Sequence record: MW481326.1
Length of the DNA stretch: 64,000 nt
From: Escherichia phage vB_EcoM-Pr103Blw
Strand: one strand, 5' to 3'
Below the pieces are notes generated by a model. It was not told the DNA's origin. It saw only the letters and a program-made list of their open reading frames with translations, and made no database searches. The number at the start of each line of letters is the position of its first letter. Within the stretch, counting starts at the first letter, position 1. The translations under genes were made by a program, and so were the position numbers. Shown here one piece after another: positions 15,926 to 23,128 of this stretch.

Positions 15926-16825
15926 CTACTTACCTACTGACAAAGGTGCTTCAATCTTTCCTGCATGTTGGTAGTTGTAAATGCCACCAATAAAATCACT
16001 TGCAGTAAGGTGTTTTAGGTCACTTAGTGTGCTAAGTGGCACACCAATCTCAAAAGTAGGTGCATGGAAATCTTCATTGTTCATCAGTTCATAAACCTGC
16101 TTCATATGGTTCTGATAAATCTGGGTATCCCCAAAGACACCTATCAAGTACCGTGGAGTGTATCCAGTCATCTTGCAAAGAACTTCTAAGATGAAGCCAT
16201 AAGACGCAATGTTAAATGGAAGCCCTAAAAAGGTGTCTACAGAACGTTGATACCATTGCAAGTCAACTTCACCTTCGTTAGTGATATAAATCTGAAACAG
16301 AACATGACAAGGTGCTAAAGCCATTGAGTTTGCTGCGATATCTGCTGCATTCCAAGCATTAACAAGCATGTATCGGTCTGTGATATCACCCTTCATCTTC
16401 GTTACTAAGGTCTCTAGCTGGTCTACAACACAACCGTTATGACCTTCAAAGTTTCTCCACTGAACTCCATAGATTCTCCCACCTGCATCCTCTAACCAAT
16501 CTTGTTCAGAAGAATAATTAGAGCTTAACCAACGTTTAAAATCATCTGACCAGATAGTCCAGCGTTCTCCGTCATTTTCATCCCAAGTACGGTAACGAAG
16601 TTCACCCAGCTTATTCTCACCATTCAGGAACCATAAAGCCTCCCCAATAACTTGCCGTGTAAACACCTGTTTAGATGTTAAGAGCGGGAAACCAGTTCGC
16701 ATATCAAAACGAAACTGAGGTGGAGCAAATGCAGAGATAACATCTCCAGTTCGTGTAGTACGCAGTTCACCAACGGATAAAACATGGTTCAGGATATTTT
16801 TGTAACTCAAATCAGCTTGTGACAT
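15926..16825 (-). CDS. thyA: thymidylate synthase
   Basis: 299 aa; active-site region ...LAPCHVLFQ... and ...GLPFNIASY... characteristic of ThyA. Confidence 0.9.
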   Translation of the reverse strand: MSQADLSYKNILNHVLSVGELRTTRTGDVISAFAPPQFRFDMRTGFPLLTSKQVFTRQVIGEALWFLNGENKLGELRYRTWDENDGERWTIWSDDFKRWLSSNYSSEQDWLEDAGGRIYGVQWRNFEGHNGCVVDQLETLVTKMKGDITDRYMLVNAWNAADIAANSMALAPCHVLFQIYITNEGEVDLQWYQRSVDTFLGLPFNIASYGFILEVLCKMTGYTPRYLIGVFGDTQIYQNHMKQVYELMNNEDFHAPTFEIGVPLSTLSDLKHLTASDFIGGIYNYQHAGKIEAPLSVGK

Positions 16826-16826
16826 A

Positions 16827-17372
16827 TTAAAAGTGTCCTTTTACTTGTGGAACATAAATTTCAAAGGTTGCTTTACCGTCTTCTGAAAGTCTTGACTGAA
16901 CCTTTGCAAATACACGGTTATCATACAGCTTATCGAAGAAGTTTTCAAAAGGTAAATGTACAGTGGCCTCTTCAGTCACTTTATGGAAGACTGTGTGGAA
17001 CACTACATCAGCATACGGTAAAGCACTGACAAGAATACCTGCACCACCAATTACAAAGACATCTTCATCAATAGAGCTGTCAAGATACTTCAAAAATGCT
17101 CCAAAGGATTCTTTACTGGCCTTAGCATACATTACATCATCTTTGTCAAAATCTATACCTAAATATGGTACAGAATTTGTTAAGATAAGGTTTTCACGGT
17201 CAGGTAAAGGCTTACTACCCAGAGTCTTAAAAGTCTCATTACCCATTACCACTAAGTTGTTTTTAGTGAGTCTCTTAAATTCTTGCATGTCCTGTTTATG
17301 TCTAGGCCACGGCATACCAGTCGGTGTACCAAATTCACCATTTTCGCCACTTGCAAAGATTAGTTTAATCAT
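16827..17372 (-). CDS. folA: dihydrofolate reductase
   Basis: 181 aa; N-terminal IFA..GENGEFG..G.PWP and VVMG..TF DHFR motifs; adjacent to thyA. Confidence 0.85.
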   Translation of the reverse strand: MIKLIFASGENGEFGTPTGMPWPRHKQDMQEFKRLTKNNLVVMGNETFKTLGSKPLPDRENLILTNSVPYLGIDFDKDDVMYAKASKESFGAFLKYLDSSIDEDVFVIGGAGILVSALPYADVVFHTVFHKVTEEATVHLPFENFFDKLYDNRVFAKVQSRLSEDGKATFEIYVPQVKGHF

Positions 17373-17629
17373 TTTGTAAATCCTTTCTTAATGAACCAGT
17401 TAATAACATTCTTCACAGCTTTATTGCTGTGATAGATTAAGTGTGGTGTAGGTTGGTATGAACCATAGGCCCAGAATGATAGATGCTCACCACAACAAAC
17501 ACATGTCGTACTCTCTTCAGCTATATGACCATTAACAATCACATGAACTTCACCTTGCAAGTCTGTACATCCACAATGTGGGCATCGGATAGGGGTTCCA
17601 TCAGACTCATAGCAGTGTTCAATTTTCAT
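17369..17629 (-). CDS. zinc-ribbon protein
   Basis: 86 aa with CPHCGC ... CVCCGEH cysteine pairs; ATGA overlap with folA. Confidence 0.5.
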   Translation of the reverse strand: MKIEHCYESDGTPIRCPHCGCTDLQGEVHVIVNGHIAEESTTCVCCGEHLSFWAYGSYQPTPHLIYHSNKAVKNVINWFIKKGFTK

Positions 17630-18151
17630 TTATTTAACCTCAAAAACTGGTTCAAGAACCAATATAAAATCTACACAGTCATCTTCTTCATCCAGAATAC
17701 CATCAAAGTTCTTAGGAACGAAGTCGAAGAGGCTCATAGAGTAGCGGTCAGAAGTAATCCTGATAGTTCCTCCGATATTCTCTACAGTTAATATTGTACG
17801 GCTTTCTGTTACCTCACTAAGAAGATTACTTACAAAGTCATCTAAGAAGTGCTTCATCAGTGACTTGAAACCTTTAGGATAATCTGTACCAGAGTATGTT
17901 TCAATCTGAGGTACAAGCTTAACATTTATACTAGTCTTTGTTAAGAACGTGCTAGAGAACATACTATCAGGTAACTTACAAACAATCTTTCCAGTGCCTT
18001 CATGCTCAATCTCAACAAAACCAGCTTCGTCGCCACATGTAACTATTTTAAAAGATGCTTCATTCTCATACTGTGAAGCCATAAACTTTTTAAGCATCTC
18101 TTTAAGGAAATCTGCATGAGCATCTTGTAAGTAGATATCAATCATAATCAA
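17630..18151 (-). CDS. hypothetical protein
   Basis: 173-aa ORF in tightly packed - strand operon. Confidence 0.5.
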   Translation of the reverse strand: MIMIDIYLQDAHADFLKEMLKKFMASQYENEASFKIVTCGDEAGFVEIEHEGTGKIVCKLPDSMFSSTFLTKTSINVKLVPQIETYSGTDYPKGFKSLMKHFLDDFVSNLLSEVTESRTILTVENIGGTIRITSDRYSMSLFDFVPKNFDGILDEEDDCVDFILVLEPVFEVK

Positions 18152-18158
18152 TCACCTA

Positions 18159-18518
18159 TTATGGGAACAAGCACTTAATGTCATCGTTTTTAAAAACGAA
18201 ACTTGTGTAGTTGTGACCTTCAACATCCAGCCAAACAGCCTGAACATCTACACCATCAAGGTTGTGGTAAAGTTCTTTGATGAAGTGGTCTTTCACAATC
18301 TGGCTGCTAGTTGTTTCCAGCTTAATATTTGAGATTGCTGAACCTACAGCCATATAACCCATGACACGTTTCTTCTCAGTATGCTTAATCTTACCATCTT
18401 TGTAAGCCATAATGAGATTGGAAAGAATTTTTACACCGTAGTACTTTTCAAGGTGAGTAGGTGCACCATAAAAGCCTAATGCGAAGTTTTCAAAGTGGAT
18501 AATGTTTTCACGTTTCAT
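18159..18518 (-). CDS. hypothetical protein
   Basis: 119-aa ORF. Confidence 0.5.
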   Translation of the reverse strand: MKRENIIHFENFALGFYGAPTHLEKYYGVKILSNLIMAYKDGKIKHTEKKRVMGYMAVGSAISNIKLETTSSQIVKDHFIKELYHNLDGVDVQAVWLDVEGHNYTSFVFKNDDIKCLFP

Positions 18519-18519
18519 A

Positions 18520-18849
18520 TTAATCTGCCAACCTTAAATTGAAATTAACACCAAATTTTTCACACACTTCCAACATATACTCAAGAGAGACATTCCCAGT
18601 GAGGTGGATTATGTTGGATACACGAGCTTGAGAGATACCACAAATTTTAGCGACTTGCTCTTGAGAAAGACCTCTGGATTTAATCTCTCTCTTAAAACGA
18701 TGTGCAACGAAGTCTCTCATTTCGTCTACATCCATTGGACAAATATAACTCTCCATTTCAGCCTCTCTATCAGCCTCCCAATCATCTTGTGGAGCATAAG
18801 GGTCAAAAACCTCATTCATCTTTCTTCTTCCGTTTACGTGAAGTATCAA
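18520..18849 (-). CDS. helix-turn-helix (XRE-like) DNA-binding protein
   Basis: C-terminal LSQEQVAKICGISQARVSNI resembles HTH_XRE motif. Confidence 0.5.
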   Translation of the reverse strand: MILHVNGRRKMNEVFDPYAPQDDWEADREAEMESYICPMDVDEMRDFVAHRFKREIKSRGLSQEQVAKICGISQARVSNIIHLTGNVSLEYMLEVCEKFGVNFNLRLAD

Positions 18850-19024
18850 TTAATGAGTCTATGTTTGTAGCTCTGACCTTTTCACGTTCATCATTAAGAT
18901 AATCATCAAGAGCCTTTTCAATCTGTGAATCATCTTGACAGATGACTGTAAAGACTGTAAAGCCGTCTGTATCGTCAATTATCTTACCATAACCGCTTCT
19001 GGGATGTAACTTTTTAAGAGCCAT
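18812..19024 (-). CDS. hypothetical protein
   Basis: 70 aa, basic C-terminus (RKRKKKDE). Confidence 0.4.
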   Translation of the reverse strand: MALKKLHPRSGYGKIIDDTDGFTVFTVICQDDSQIEKALDDYLNDEREKVRATNIDSLIDTSRKRKKKDE

Positions 19025-19025
19025 A

Positions 19026-19409
19026 TTAAATACCTGTGCAGCTTCTGTTTTCTAAGAAATACTCAACACCATACATAGCTTTTTGCATCAAATCTTCTTT
19101 AAACTGAATACGATGGTTAATCATGGCCTGTACATCAATATCATCATGGTGTTTCTCTTTAATGTTTGCAGATTGCAGGAAATACTCTGCAAGGACACGA
19201 TACTGATAGTCAGTTACCTTATCAGTCATCTCTGTCAAAGATTCTTCAGAGATTGGTTTAAGTAGTTCACCATTAGCTAGAGCAACACCTTTAACAATCT
19301 GGCAAGTGTCTTCTGGAACACCTGATAAGTCCACATTGGGAAGTTCTGTTGCATTGACTGGTAAATTTATTGCCATAACCATTGCAGCAGCTAATAAAAT
19401 CTTTTTCAT
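19026..19409 (-). CDS. secreted/periplasmic protein with signal peptide
   Basis: N-terminus MKKILLAAAMVMAINLPVNA typical cleavable signal peptide; AGG SD before ATG. Confidence 0.55.
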   Translation of the reverse strand: MKKILLAAAMVMAINLPVNATELPNVDLSGVPEDTCQIVKGVALANGELLKPISEESLTEMTDKVTDYQYRVLAEYFLQSANIKEKHHDDIDVQAMINHRIQFKEDLMQKAMYGVEYFLENRSCTGI

Positions 19410-19447
19410 AATGACCTCAAAGTTATATTAAATTTTGTATTACATTG

Positions 19448-19482
19448 AGTATAAAAATAAGCTATAACACCTAACTTGTCAA
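19448..19482 (-). promoter_or_regulatory. sigma70-like promoter (- strand)
   Basis: On - strand TTGACA-17 nt-TATTTT(TATACT) about 40 nt upstream of the 19409 start. Confidence 0.35.
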
Positions 19483-19630
19483 CAGATTTTATAGCTTATT
19501 TGGCAGATTTTTTTATAAGGCTACTGCCATCCTTCCATACCAGACTACACCATGCAAGACCAGACTTCACATCACCTTACTGTGCAATATATTACTTAAA
19601 AACCCTCTTAGAAGACTCTTAAGTGATGCT

Positions 19631-19670
19631 GGTGAGTATACGTTGGCTTATGCTGCTCAGTATACTCACC
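19631..19670. promoter_or_regulatory. perfect 11-bp inverted repeat (operator-like)
   Basis: GGTGAGTATAC-18 nt-GTATACTCACC; right arm overlaps -10 of the - strand promoter. Confidence 0.6.
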
Positions 19671-19686
19671 AAATTTTCTATGTCAA
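19659..19686 (-). promoter_or_regulatory. near-consensus sigma70 promoter (- strand)
   Basis: On - strand TTGACA-16 nt-TATACT. Confidence 0.5.
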
Positions 19687-19691
19687 CAACT

Positions 19692-19838
19692 TTATATAAA
19701 AGTCCTGATAACTATATGTGTTACAAAACAGAAGATTGTGAACAAGACACCCATTGCAAAGGATGTGTTCAAAAGTTTACTTGCTATGTAAGACAACACA
19801 AAGACAACTAATGCAAACAGAATGATTGTGCTTAACAT
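19692..19838 (-). CDS. small hydrophobic membrane peptide (48 aa, below ORF-track cutoff)
   Basis: ATG 3 nt after ligase stop; MLSTIILFALVVFVLSYIASKLL... two hydrophobic stretches. Confidence 0.35.
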   Translation of the reverse strand: MLSTIILFALVVFVLSYIASKLLNTSFAMGVLFTIFCFVTHIVIRTFI

Positions 19839-19841
19839 AGT

Positions 19842-20945
19842 TTACTCATAATCCCTAATAACTAGCCCAACAGGAAACTGTAAAGAACCCTTACGAGTCA
19901 TCTTCTGGAACTGAACCGTTAAAGGTTTCCCGATAAACTCTTCAGGATGCTCAGCAAGATACTGTTTCTTCTCATGAGTAGTCTTCCATGAGACATCTAC
20001 AAAGACGTTAGGAAGAGTCTCTACAACGAACTTACCGTGACCACGTTTATCAGTCTTGACACCAGTCACTTTAAACTCTTCAGTGTGCATCTTCTTGTGC
20101 TTAATCAAGAAGTATGAACGGTGACAACACTCATAGAAAGATTCTTCAGAGATTGAACGGTACATTGCACCTTCAAACTGAGCTTCAACCCACTTATCAT
20201 GGGCTTCATCAAACTCTTCCCAAGAATTTACACGACGAGACTTAACAGGAACAACTTTACAGCCGTCTCTGAAGTCATTCAATGGTGAAGTCTCAATAAT
20301 ATCTCTACGCTCAGGCCACGTCTTAGTACTGTCACAGATATCATACCAGTAAAACTTGAGTAGATGTCGGTCAGGATTGTCTTCATTTTTAATCATGGAG
20401 ACAATATCTTCTAAGTCCAACCCATGAGCATAGATTTCACCATCAAATTCATCAACATCTTTATGGAGCCTCAACATTGCCATAATGTCAGGTATTAGCT
20501 CAGTAGGAATTTTATAAATAGTGTTCTCACGAGAATATGCTGTAAATACACTACCAATACTTAAGTGTCTTGAAATTCTACAACGTACACCATCCAGTTT
20601 CGGTTGAGCATCAGCAGGGAACTTCAGATACTTTGCATGACTAACCTTTGCAGCATCATGAGCAAGCTGTACACCTACCTTCTCAGTATTCTGTGCAGAC
20701 TCTTTTGTGTAAGCATAACCTTTGCGGTCTACTTGTTTCTTGTACTTAGCAGAAACTTCAAAGAGAGCTTGCTGTTCAGCGTTACGCTCATTCTTTTTAC
20801 CAATGTTTTTAGGTTCTGCTGTATACTCTTCAAACATCATCTTGCCATTTTCTTTACCGTAGGTTGTAATAACTTTGTCACCTACAGCAACGCATGACCA
20901 GACGTTAAAAGAGCCGTCTTTATTTTGTTTGTACAGTATTGTCAT
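19842..20945 (-). CDS. ATP-dependent DNA ligase
   Basis: 367 aa; adenylation motif KLDGVR (lysine nucleotidyltransferase motif I). Confidence 0.85.
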   Translation of the reverse strand: MTILYKQNKDGSFNVWSCVAVGDKVITTYGKENGKMMFEEYTAEPKNIGKKNERNAEQQALFEVSAKYKKQVDRKGYAYTKESAQNTEKVGVQLAHDAAKVSHAKYLKFPADAQPKLDGVRCRISRHLSIGSVFTAYSRENTIYKIPTELIPDIMAMLRLHKDVDEFDGEIYAHGLDLEDIVSMIKNEDNPDRHLLKFYWYDICDSTKTWPERRDIIETSPLNDFRDGCKVVPVKSRRVNSWEEFDEAHDKWVEAQFEGAMYRSISEESFYECCHRSYFLIKHKKMHTEEFKVTGVKTDKRGHGKFVVETLPNVFVDVSWKTTHEKKQYLAEHPEEFIGKPLTVQFQKMTRKGSLQFPVGLVIRDYE

Positions 20946-21480
20946 TTAACTCACCTTGAAGCGTATGCTTCCTTACAGGAATGATAATGCCAGTCTCTGA
21001 AAGTGCCTCTCCATATGGTTCGAAGCACTGTTCAGGTAAATTGATAATACCTCTCCCATAGAGGTCTATGAAGTCACCATCTTTTGTTTTGTAAGCAATC
21101 TTACCTCTAATGCCAAGTTTATACAACTTTAAAGAGCCATCACAATATTTTACACAATCTCTAAACTGCACTTTAAAAGCATATTTAGAAAACCTTTCAT
21201 ACAAGTCGCTTAAAAGTGCTCCAATGTTATCAAATTGTGGTGTGCATAGATTCTCGCAAATATTCTCAAACTCTTCATAGAAGTCTTCATAATTTAATGG
21301 CGTAGCATTTGTCTCATACCAAAACTGAAGTATAGCTCTCTTTTTGGGTGCTTTGTCTGAATAATCAGCCTTCTTTATTTTATACCAAGACCTACGAAGA
21401 CTATAATCATTAAGTCTTAAGTGTATGCACCTTAAGTTATGTTCAAATTCTTTATGGTTAAAGTGTTTAGTGTATATCAT
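20920..21480 (-). CDS. hypothetical protein
   Basis: Track ORF 20920..21513 starts at TTG; ATG at 21480 has GAGG SD and sits 2 nt after upstream stop. Confidence 0.45.
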   Translation of the reverse strand: MIYTKHFNHKEFEHNLRCIHLRLNDYSLRRSWYKIKKADYSDKAPKKRAILQFWYETNATPLNYEDFYEEFENICENLCTPQFDNIGALLSDLYERFSKYAFKVQFRDCVKYCDGSLKLYKLGIRGKIAYKTKDGDFIDLYGRGIINLPEQCFEPYGEALSETGIIIPVRKHTLQGELNDNTVQTK

Positions 21481-21482
21481 AA

Positions 21483-21674
21483 TCAGGCCTCTGAGTGATA
21501 CCAAGTATTGCAAGCATTACATGCGTAAAGCTCTAAGTCATTTTTATCTGGTTTATGAAAACAGTTTGCTCCGCAGTGGCAACGAAATGGTTTTCCACCA
21601 ACTGTCAGGATGAAGGATTGAACCTTTCCATCAGGAGTTCGTACAGCATTTTTATGCTTATCTTCTTTACTCAT
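21483..21674 (-). CDS. zinc-ribbon protein
   Basis: 63 aa with CHCGANCFH ... CNACNTWYH cysteine/histidine clusters. Confidence 0.45.
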   Translation of the reverse strand: MSKEDKHKNAVRTPDGKVQSFILTVGGKPFRCHCGANCFHKPDKNDLELYACNACNTWYHSEA

Positions 21675-21834
21675 TTGTGCTCTTACCTTTGTCAGATTTC
21701 ATATAGGACATGTTACTATTCCTTTTAATAAAATGTACAACGCATTTTGGTGTATCTTTTGCATCTTTGATGTGCAACCTTTCGAAGCTGTGTACTGTGA
21801 AGATTGCATCTGTCATTGTTTGCTTAGTTTTCAT
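21667..21834 (-). CDS. small protein (55 aa, below cutoff)
   Basis: ATG overlaps stop of upstream gene (ATGA); fills otherwise empty 160-bp gap. Confidence 0.25.
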   Translation of the reverse strand: MKTKQTMTDAIFTVHSFERLHIKDAKDTPKCVVHFIKRNSNMSYMKSDKGKSTNE

Positions 21835-22037
21835 TTTCTCTTACCACCAATCTCTACGTCAATAACTTGAACATCACCAGCAACATCAAACTTATGAATG
21901 ATGCTTTCCACAGTGTAAGTCCAACCCTCGATGCGAACCAACTCACCTTCTCGTGGGACGATTGGATTACGTTGAGCTACGGTTGTAGTGGAGTGAACAA
22001 CATCATAACAATAGATGTAGTTTACTAAGACTTCCAT
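21831..22037 (-). CDS. hypothetical protein
   Basis: Track ORF 21831..22136 would overlap lipoprotein gene by 89 nt; internal ATG at 22037 has GAGG SD and follows lipoprotein stop. Confidence 0.45.
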   Translation of the reverse strand: MEVLVNYIYCYDVVHSTTTVAQRNPIVPREGELVRIEGWTYTVESIIHKFDVAGDVQVIDVEIGGKRK

Positions 22038-22047
22038 CGTGAAAACC

Positions 22048-22305
22048 TCACTCAATAACCGTAGTATGTGATTGACCATTTTTGCCATAGCTATAAGATG
22101 TTGTTGTTTGAGAGTTTGGGCATCTGACAACAACAATATCTCTGCTTATAGCATCACCATTGAGTTTGTAGATTTTGCAGTCTTGCATCTCTGGAGGAAG
22201 GCTGTAAGAAGCATCTTTGTTTTCATAAGATGGGTTGCAGCCAGCCAGAAAAATTACTCCAAGTGCAACCATTGCTTTCACACAACTCTTAACCTTATTG
22301 TTCAC
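22048..22305 (-). CDS. lipoprotein
   Basis: GTG start with AGAGAGG SD; signal peptide with lipobox (MNNKVKSCVKAMVALGVIFLAGC). Confidence 0.5.
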   Translation of the reverse strand: MNNKVKSCVKAMVALGVIFLAGCNPSYENKDASYSLPPEMQDCKIYKLNGDAISRDIVVVRCPNSQTTTSYSYGKNGQSHTTVIE

Positions 22306-22441
22306 GATAGTCTACCTCTCTGTATGTTTTTAAATAGTGAGTGATGAGTTCTGGTAATTCACTACGTTTAACGTTTGAACGAAGAAGTGTCCAGTCAAAA
22401 CCTTTACCAACCCTTCCCCAGAGACTGTACATTTTCTTCAT
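22295..22441 (-). CDS. small protein (48 aa, below cutoff)
   Basis: ATGA overlap with upstream stop, GGAG SD; overlaps lipoprotein start by 11 nt. Confidence 0.25.
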   Translation of the reverse strand: MKKMYSLWGRVGKGFDWTLLRSNVKRSELPELITHYLKTYREVDYREQ

Positions 22442-22656
22442 AGCAACTCCAGAATATCAATACGTTCACCTTTGAGTACTCCAGTACGGTCTTTTGCAAT
22501 CTTACCGTCAACGATAAGGATGTGTGTAGACCTTAAAGCGTCGTTGTTAAAGGTTTTTACGAACTTGCTAGGCATGACTACAATGGACATCTCCTGAATT
22601 AACTCTGGAGTATAGCAGTTATCATGAAGTTGCTGAATAACGTCTGCAAGTGTCAT
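22438..22656 (-). CDS. small conserved protein, paralog 1 of a pair
   Basis: ATG at 22656 (track start 22671 is TTG); MTL... N-terminus and C-terminal DGKIAKDRTGVLKGERIDILELL shared with paralog 2. Confidence 0.55.
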   Translation of the reverse strand: MTLADVIQQLHDNCYTPELIQEMSIVVMPSKFVKTFNNDALRSTHILIVDGKIAKDRTGVLKGERIDILELL

Positions 22657-22681
22657 TTTTGATGTCTCCAATATTCAATAT

Positions 22682-22861
22682 CTACAAGTTCTTGTGCAAT
22701 ACTTTTAAGGTTACTTTAAGGAAAACTTTCTCACCACCAGACAGGGAAGTGTTATCAACGAGTCTATTCATTCTCTCAAACAACTTCTGCTTACGGTTCT
22801 TGATAGTTTCCTTTGAAGCACCTTTCATCATTGCTGCATGGGTTCTTCCACGGTGGCTCAT
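22682..22861 (-). CDS. small basic protein (59 aa, below cutoff)
   Basis: ATGA overlap with paralog 2 stop; MSHRGRTHAAMMKGASKETIKNRKQK...; lies between the two paralogs. Confidence 0.35.
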   Translation of the reverse strand: MSHRGRTHAAMMKGASKETIKNRKQKLFERMNRLVDNTSLSGGEKVFLKVTLKVLHKNL

Positions 22862-23067
22862 AGCAAATTCTCGATGTCTACACGCTCACCTTTCAAGTAT
22901 CCTGTCTTATCTTTTGCGATTTTCCCTCCAGCAATAAAGATATCTACTGTACGCAGAACTTCAGGGTTTACTCTATAACCACTGCAAATAACAATAAGCA
23001 TGTCTTCAATCTCTTTTTGAGAATAACCTGCACATTGCAACTGAACTTCAATCTCTGAAAGCGTCAT
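22858..23067 (-). CDS. small conserved protein, paralog 2 of a pair
   Basis: 69 aa; strong AGGAGG SD; C-terminus GGKIAKDKTGYLKGERVDIENLL. Confidence 0.55.
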   Translation of the reverse strand: MTLSEIEVQLQCAGYSQKEIEDMLIVICSGYRVNPEVLRTVDIFIAGGKIAKDKTGYLKGERVDIENLL

Positions 23068-23128
23068 ATGACCTCCTATACAAGATACAGTATAAGGTAC
23101 TCTTCCGTGAGCACCTTGTCAATACTAA

